NCBI GenBank assembly: GCA_951406725.2
Contig: OX597822.1
Location: 106,020,001 to 106,084,000 of the forward strand
From: Octopus vulgaris
Taxonomy: Eukaryota
DNA: 64,000 nt
Reading direction: 5' to 3'
In this document: positions 57,860-64,000 of the stretch, piece by piece
How the letters are laid out: every line of letters starts with the position of its first letter
Numbering within the stretch: position 1 is the stretch's first letter
Notes under the pieces: model-generated
What the model saw: only the letters and a program-made list of their open reading frames with translations
Told to the model about the DNA's origin: nothing
Databases searched by the model: none
Position numbers and translations under genes: made by a program

Positions 57860-58429
57860 TTGTGTGCGTGTGTATATAAAAACGCAAACACAGAGACACA
57901 CATATACATACACGGGTGCATGTATTATACGCGTGAGCTGTATATGTGTGTAATATATATGTAATGTACATATGCACGCGTATATACAAATGTGTGTGTC
58001 TGTATGTCTGCGTGTCTGGTTGTCTGTGCGTAGTGTTGTTGCACGCGCTGGCATGTGTCAGCATGCGCGTGTGAGCAGATAAGTCAGAGTAGCGAAGCGA
58101 ACAGAAACTACAACTGCCTGTGACGGCCATATTAATTTTGCTCGGTCGACTGGCAGAATTCAAACAGTGTCGCACAAAATGCCTCGCAGTAATTTGTTCC
58201 GGCTCATTATGTTGAAAGCTGAAATCTAGCCGAGATCTACTTTGCATTTTATCTCTCCGGCAGCGATATAATCATATTCACTTGCCCCCCCCCCCCCAAA
58301 AAAAAAAAAAATTTCTGGTCTTGTGCCTATAACACACACATACACACACATCCACACACACTCAACGTATGCACACGCGCACATACATATACTTACATAC
58401 ATATGTAGATATATACGCACAAAGAGAGA

Positions 58430-58501
58430 TGCAAAGATAGATGATAGACACACGGACAGACAGAGAGGTAGACCAACAGACAGACAGACAGACAGACAGA
58501 C

Positions 58502-58541
<40 letters not shown>

Positions 58542-59199
58542 TGATTGATTGATTGATTGATAGATTGATTGATAGACAGACTGACTGGCAGATAACTTGA
58601 TTGTTTGGTAGACAGACTGACTGGCAGATAGATTGATTGATTGATAAGCAGATTGACTGGTAGATAGATTGATTGATAGACTGACTGACTGGCAGATAGA
58701 TAAATAGATTGATAGATAGACTGACTGGCAGATAGACAGATTGACTGATAGACAGACAGACTGGCAGATAGATAGATTGAGTGATTCATATACAGACAGA
58801 CTGACTGGCAGATAGATAGATAGATAGATAGATTGATAGACAGACTGACTGGCAGATAGATAGATTGAGTGATTCATAGACTGACTGACTGGCAGATAGA
58901 TAGATTGAGTGATTCATAGACAGACTGACTGACTGACAGATAGATAGATAGATAGATAGATAGATTAATAGACAGACTGACTGGCAGATAGATAGATTGA
59001 GTGATTCATAGACAGATAGACTGACTGACAGATAGATAGATAGATAGATTGATAGACAGACTGACTGGCAGATAGATAGATTGATTGATTGATAGACAGA
59101 CTAACTGACCGATAGATAGATTGATTGATTGATAGACAGACAGACTGGCAAATAGATTGTTAGATAGATAAATAAATAGATAGATAGATAGATAGATAT

Positions 59200-59232
<33 letters not shown>

Positions 59233-59233
59233 G

Positions 59234-59274
<41 letters not shown>

Positions 59275-59295
59275 TAGATAGATATAGATAGATAA
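58430..59295. repeat. Complex GATA/GACT/GATT tetranucleotide array with a higher-order unit
   Basis: Recurrent GACTGACTGGCAGATAGATAGATTGA(GTGATTCA)TAGACA. Confidence 0.9.
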
Positions 59296-59485
59296 GCAGC
59301 ATTGTATAGTCAACGTCATGTTGACAAACAATATTATGAGAATCTTTATATGTGTGTGTACTAGTATGCTGGTATTTGTGTAAAACACATCTATGTATAC
59401 ACCTACTCACAATAATGGTGTTTGTCGTTGTGTTTACGTACGCACACAAAAATTCCACTCATAAATACATACTCTCACATACACA

Positions 59486-59537
<52 letters not shown>

Positions 59538-59552
59538 AAAACATACATACAT

Positions 59553-59637
<85 letters not shown>

Positions 59638-60131
59638 TACATATATGAGAAAAAAGGAAAGAGAGAATGAGAGATGTTGAGCAAAGGGAATTAAAAAAAA
59701 CGTGCAGACAGCAAGCAGACATATAAACGTTGGATATTAGTTTTATAGGTGTAAATATCAAGTAATAGAGACAACTAATAGTGTAAAGTTGTAAAAAGCA
59801 AACACGAAATTTTGCGAAAACAAAATATGAAAACGTGTGACATTATGACACATTATATATCAATGTGAAGATATACGACATAGAATATATCGCTTAGATG
59901 CAGTGGCACCATTATCCAGAAAATATCACGTATAACGAAACACAGCTGTCTTACGAAACTGAATACGTGTTACCGTATGATGCACTTCTTCGGTATAAAT
60001 AATATTACGTTATAGACAGGCGAAATTATATATACGTGTGTGTGTGTATGTATGTGTGTATTATATGGATATATGTATGTGTATTATATGAATGTAAGTA
60101 TACGTGTATATATATATATATATACATATGT

Positions 60132-60320
60132 GGCCATGATAGATCGTTAGCCACTACACAAATTTTTTTCTCTCCTTGTTTTTTTTCTGTGTCCCTTTCT
60201 GTAGAAGAGCGTAGGCTCGAAACGTAAGGCTTTTTTCTATTCCTGAGCGTTATACTAATACATCTGTTTGTTTTGTATACCACCTGTCTTCGTCTTTTGT
60301 TTTTATCGTAAACTCTCCCT
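60132..60320 (+). mobile_element. Family A (TA)n-inserted hammerhead-like element
   Basis: CTTT-CTGTAGA-A-GAGC-GTAG-GCTC-GAAAC-GTA-AGG at 60195-60229. Confidence 0.75.
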
Positions 60321-60329
60321 ATCTATCTA

Positions 60330-60397
<68 letters not shown>

Positions 60398-60425
60398 TAT
60401 ATATAAATATATATACACACACAGA

Positions 60426-60458
<33 letters not shown>

Positions 60459-60466
60459 GTATGTAT

Positions 60467-60668
60467 GACCACGTGTGTATCGTTGGCGATTTTCTTTCTC
60501 CGTCTTCCCTTCCTTGGACCTTTCCTTTTTCTATGTTTCTGATGAAGAGCTCCGTTCGAAACGTTAAATTCTTCTCCTTACTTTCCTTTCCTGGGCGTCC
60601 AATAACAGTATATTTGTTCCACGTCCTCGCGTTGTTCTATTTTCCCTCTGTTCATGTTTGGATTAACT
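60467..60668 (+). mobile_element. Family B (TA)n-inserted element with a canonical-core minimal hammerhead
   Basis: GTTT-CTGATGA-A-GAGC-TCC-GTTC-GAAAC-GTT-AAAT at 60535-60569. Confidence 0.75.
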
Positions 60669-61789
60669 ATGTATATATATATATATATATATCGCTAGTT
60701 GAGTACTATATTAACTGTATATTTTTTTAATGGATTCCAAAGTATTAACAAGTTTGCAAGTCGGTAACATTGGCTCCATATCTTATGAACAAAACAGAAA
60801 GACTTAAACTTAAAAACAAGATACAATTGTTTAACTGTAGATGTGTCTCTTCAGGTGTGTGTATTTTTTATGCTACTGTCTTCGAGCTAAACGGACTTTC
60901 TCTCAGTCTCAATAAATATTTTTGACATGTGCGTGAACTGGAGTATTGGTCGGTATAGTGCCTGGGAGAAAAGACACATGTCTTTCTTAATCCAGCCTGA
61001 ACTTTGACGTTATGACCCAGATTCCAACCCCTTAAACACTTTACACCGCGCCATATTTTATAGAAACTAAGAGCCAAAGAACAACCCCATGAATCTAAAA
61101 CATCAGGCGCAATTTTTTTTGTAAACGAGACGATGTGAAAAAAGGATAAATGAAGCCACATCAAATTAAGAAAAGTGGTATATAACAAGAACAATAATGA
61201 ATAATTAGCAATTAGTTCTGATATACAGCTTCCATGGGAAAATATTTACTGAGTGTCGATAAACCTGTTCATTTATTCAAAACAGTCATCCATTTTGTGG
61301 TTTATTACAATCTGCTTGAAAATGGAACTAAAGGAAGGCTACCCGCAAAGACTTTGTATTCTCGAATATCTGTTGATAAGAATAACTGTTTCTAAGGATG
61401 ACAACATAACACATACTTTCGTCGGACCTGGTACTATGAAAGAATAATAGACATAAGTGTCTTGAACACACGAGAGAGAACAAGGAGTAACTGGAGAATG
61501 GTATACATAAAATTGGAGAAACTAACTTAGTCATCCGTCAACCCCAGAACAACAAAATTGAATTTCATGCTGGAAAACTGCGTGTACAGATGAGAAAACA
61601 GAGGCTGATTGGCAATTTCCCATGCGAATAGCTCTGCTAACCTCAGTCAACATATGGCCACATGCACATGAAGTACGACCGACTGTGTGTGAAGTAAACC
61701 CATCAAAGCAACGATGATGGAAGAGCAAACAAACGGAAGTTCCGATTCACCACTGTTCATTGTTATGCGTACATACGGCAACAACGCGA

Positions 61790-62044
61790 TTTCTCTCTCG
61801 TCCTCTCCCTCCTTACCTCTTTCTTTCTCTCTCGTCTCACGACTTTCTCACTCCCTATGTCTTTCTCTCATTCCCTCTCTCTTTCACTTCACCCTCTCAC
61901 ACCTTACGTCTCTCTCTCTTTCTCCCTCTTTCGCTCTCTCTTTCTCCCTCTTTCGCTCTCTCTCTTTCACCTCCTCTCTCTCTCACTTCCTACATCTCTC
62001 CCTCACTCCCTACGTCTCTCTCTCTTTCTCTCCCTCTCCCCTTT
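61790..62044. repeat. CT-rich low-complexity tract
   Basis: Direct inspection. Confidence 0.9.
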
Positions 62045-63524
62045 AGATCCACAAAATATGTTTGGGTTAAACTATTATAGACACGTGACAATCATCGTTT
62101 TACCAGCGGTTTTAGTTTTAATCTATTCTTTTCTATACTTATAGAATATACGCAGAGTTTGAGAACTGCTTGTCAATAATACTTGAACTTAGAAGCTGCG
62201 AAGGAAATAGACACAAATTTTCTTATTGTTCAAAGAGCTGTTAAAGAACTGCTTCTCTGCAAACGCATTGTTGATTCCTCTTGAGACACATATTCCTGAC
62301 TTTCGCTGTGTGGACATTAAGAAAACCAATAAAAATATATATATATATATATATATTCATAAAATGTGTGAAGCTTTAGAATAATTTACAAGATCGTGTG
62401 CGATGGAGTCTGCAAATCTATTCGAGCTAGTTCTCACAAAGCATTCATACAAACTTATATACTTGGCATTGTATACAATGAATATTTTACAAGCAAGTGT
62501 TTTCGAGTGTTTGTACGCAATACTGATACTTATATTTCTGTTTTGAGGAGCAGATATAAAAATAGAGAATTATATCTGTCAAGATAATACGAATATAGCT
62601 TTGCATGTAAACGCTCAATGAAAATCCAAATTTTTGCAATTTTATTCGTTTTCGGCATCACTGGATTCTATCTTTCCATCATTAAAGACACACCACTTAA
62701 AAATTATTCATTTTCACACTTACATTGCCATCTCAAAAGCAAGAATTGAATATCAGTATGCATTGTGTGCGAAGAAGGAGGCACCGGAATGTTTCGATGA
62801 GGACATCAGTAATAAAGGATCCTTTACATGATCACGGGATATGCTAGAAATAACGACCATATCTCTTTCAGTGTTTATGACCATAGTTCTTCTGTATAAG
62901 GGCTGGCATGTGATTAAACAACATCTGTGATAACAACGATAGCAACATGGTTATTTATGTTCGACGCATTTAAATAATTTAATATCAATATAATTCGGGT
63001 AGTGTAAAAGGCAACAGAAAGAGCAACAGAGGACGTAGAACAGACTTAAAACAGGTTTAATGCTATACTCGATTTCATGATGGAATCGCCATGAAGTGTC
63101 AAAGCCAAAGAAATATGCAAAAGATGAGGCAAATCTGAGGAGGCATGGTTATTGATAGTTGTAAACTATATATGTGTGTGTGTGTGTGTTTGTGTGTATG
63201 TGTGTGTGTTTGTGTGTATGTGTGTGTTGTTTGTTTTCTCTCACCGTTTTTTTTCTTTTCTCTTATTTTTTCCTCTCAATCCGTTCTGTTGTTGGAGGGA
63301 TGATAGTTCTTCATACTCATAATCTTTTTCTCCAGAGTTTGGTGGTTTTATCAAAGAGTGCACCTTCACAGCATTTTGAGATTTCAATTTGCATTTCGTT
63401 GTCAAGTGCCTTGAATTTTTCTTCGCTGGAATTGGCTCTTAGCTGTAACAATTCTATTTCTGTTTTGAATTTTTCGAAAGCCAATTTCTCCTTGAGTTTT
63501 TGTTGGTTTTCTGCTTCACTCACC

Positions 63525-64000
63525 TCCAATTACCCAAAGCACACAAAGACAAACATCCCCTTCATCCTAGCAAGAAGAATCTGTACAATTGTCTCAAATT
63601 ATAGAACGTGAAATAAAAGACTGCAAGAACTAAAGGATGGCAATTCTCATCGAAAGACATTACTCAGCATCATTAATTGACAATGGAATAGAACGGGTTA
63701 AGACAATCGCTACCCAAGACTTACGAAAAGTGAAGCACACTCACGGTACATTAAATAGTCTCCCATATCACTCAATACACAATCCAAGAAATGCAGAAGC
63801 TTACACAATTATATACAAGAACATCCCACTACTGAGTCAAAAGCCACGTCTAAAAAGGTACTCGAAACCCATAAAATAATAAAAAGCAAAAGACAACCTA
63901 AATCACTAAAAAGCCTACTCACCAATTCAAAATTATCCAAGACAAGCCCACCACCCACCGTCAAAAAATGTGGTAGTTCCAATTTCAGGAAGGAACAATA
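63525..64000 (+). mobile_element. Penelope-like retroelement remnant (RT thumb and linker toward GIY-YIG), runs off the window
   Basis: SNYPKHTKTNIPFILARRICTIVS..RLQELK..LIERHYSASLIDNGI..LPYHSIHNPRN..KIIKSKRQPKSLKSLLT..VKKCG, with stops and frameshifts. Confidence 0.8.

Noticed and set aside
58430-59295. Repeat arrays considered as CRISPR-like
   Set aside because: No unique spacers, no cas genes, and the context is eukaryotic.

Overview
AT-rich, microsatellite-dense eukaryotic DNA; the SINE, Helitron and microsatellite landscape suggests an octopus genome (inference). The only host coding sequence I can support is two + strand exons (26516-26915 and 56832-57031, separated by a 29.9-kb GT-AG intron) of an Erg-subfamily (KCNH2/6/7-like) voltage-gated K+ channel. 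They cover S4, S5, the pore, S6 and the start of the C-linker. The channel naturally carries the equivalents of hERG S620T and S631A (inactivation-removing) and a Tyr652-to-Ser change. Everything else is presumably intron, filled with tRNA-head SINEs, CR1-, RTE- and R4/Dong-type LINE remnants, an ORF1-only element, two non-autonomous Helitrons, mariner/pogo remnants, a MITE and long microsatellites. The least expected signal is a set of short (~150-210 bp) elements inserted in (TA)n arrays that carry minimal hammerhead-ribozyme folds. One family has a fixed CUGUNGA core variant, and one near-intact sense-strand hammerhead is locked by a perfect 61-bp antisense arm. A Penelope-like retroelement remnant lies at the right edge. 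An RTE-derived 372-bp element with a compact pseudoknotted 5' RNA structure is a second ribozyme candidate. Most of the supplied ORFs are microsatellite or TE artefacts. All family names come from pattern recognition, without database searches.
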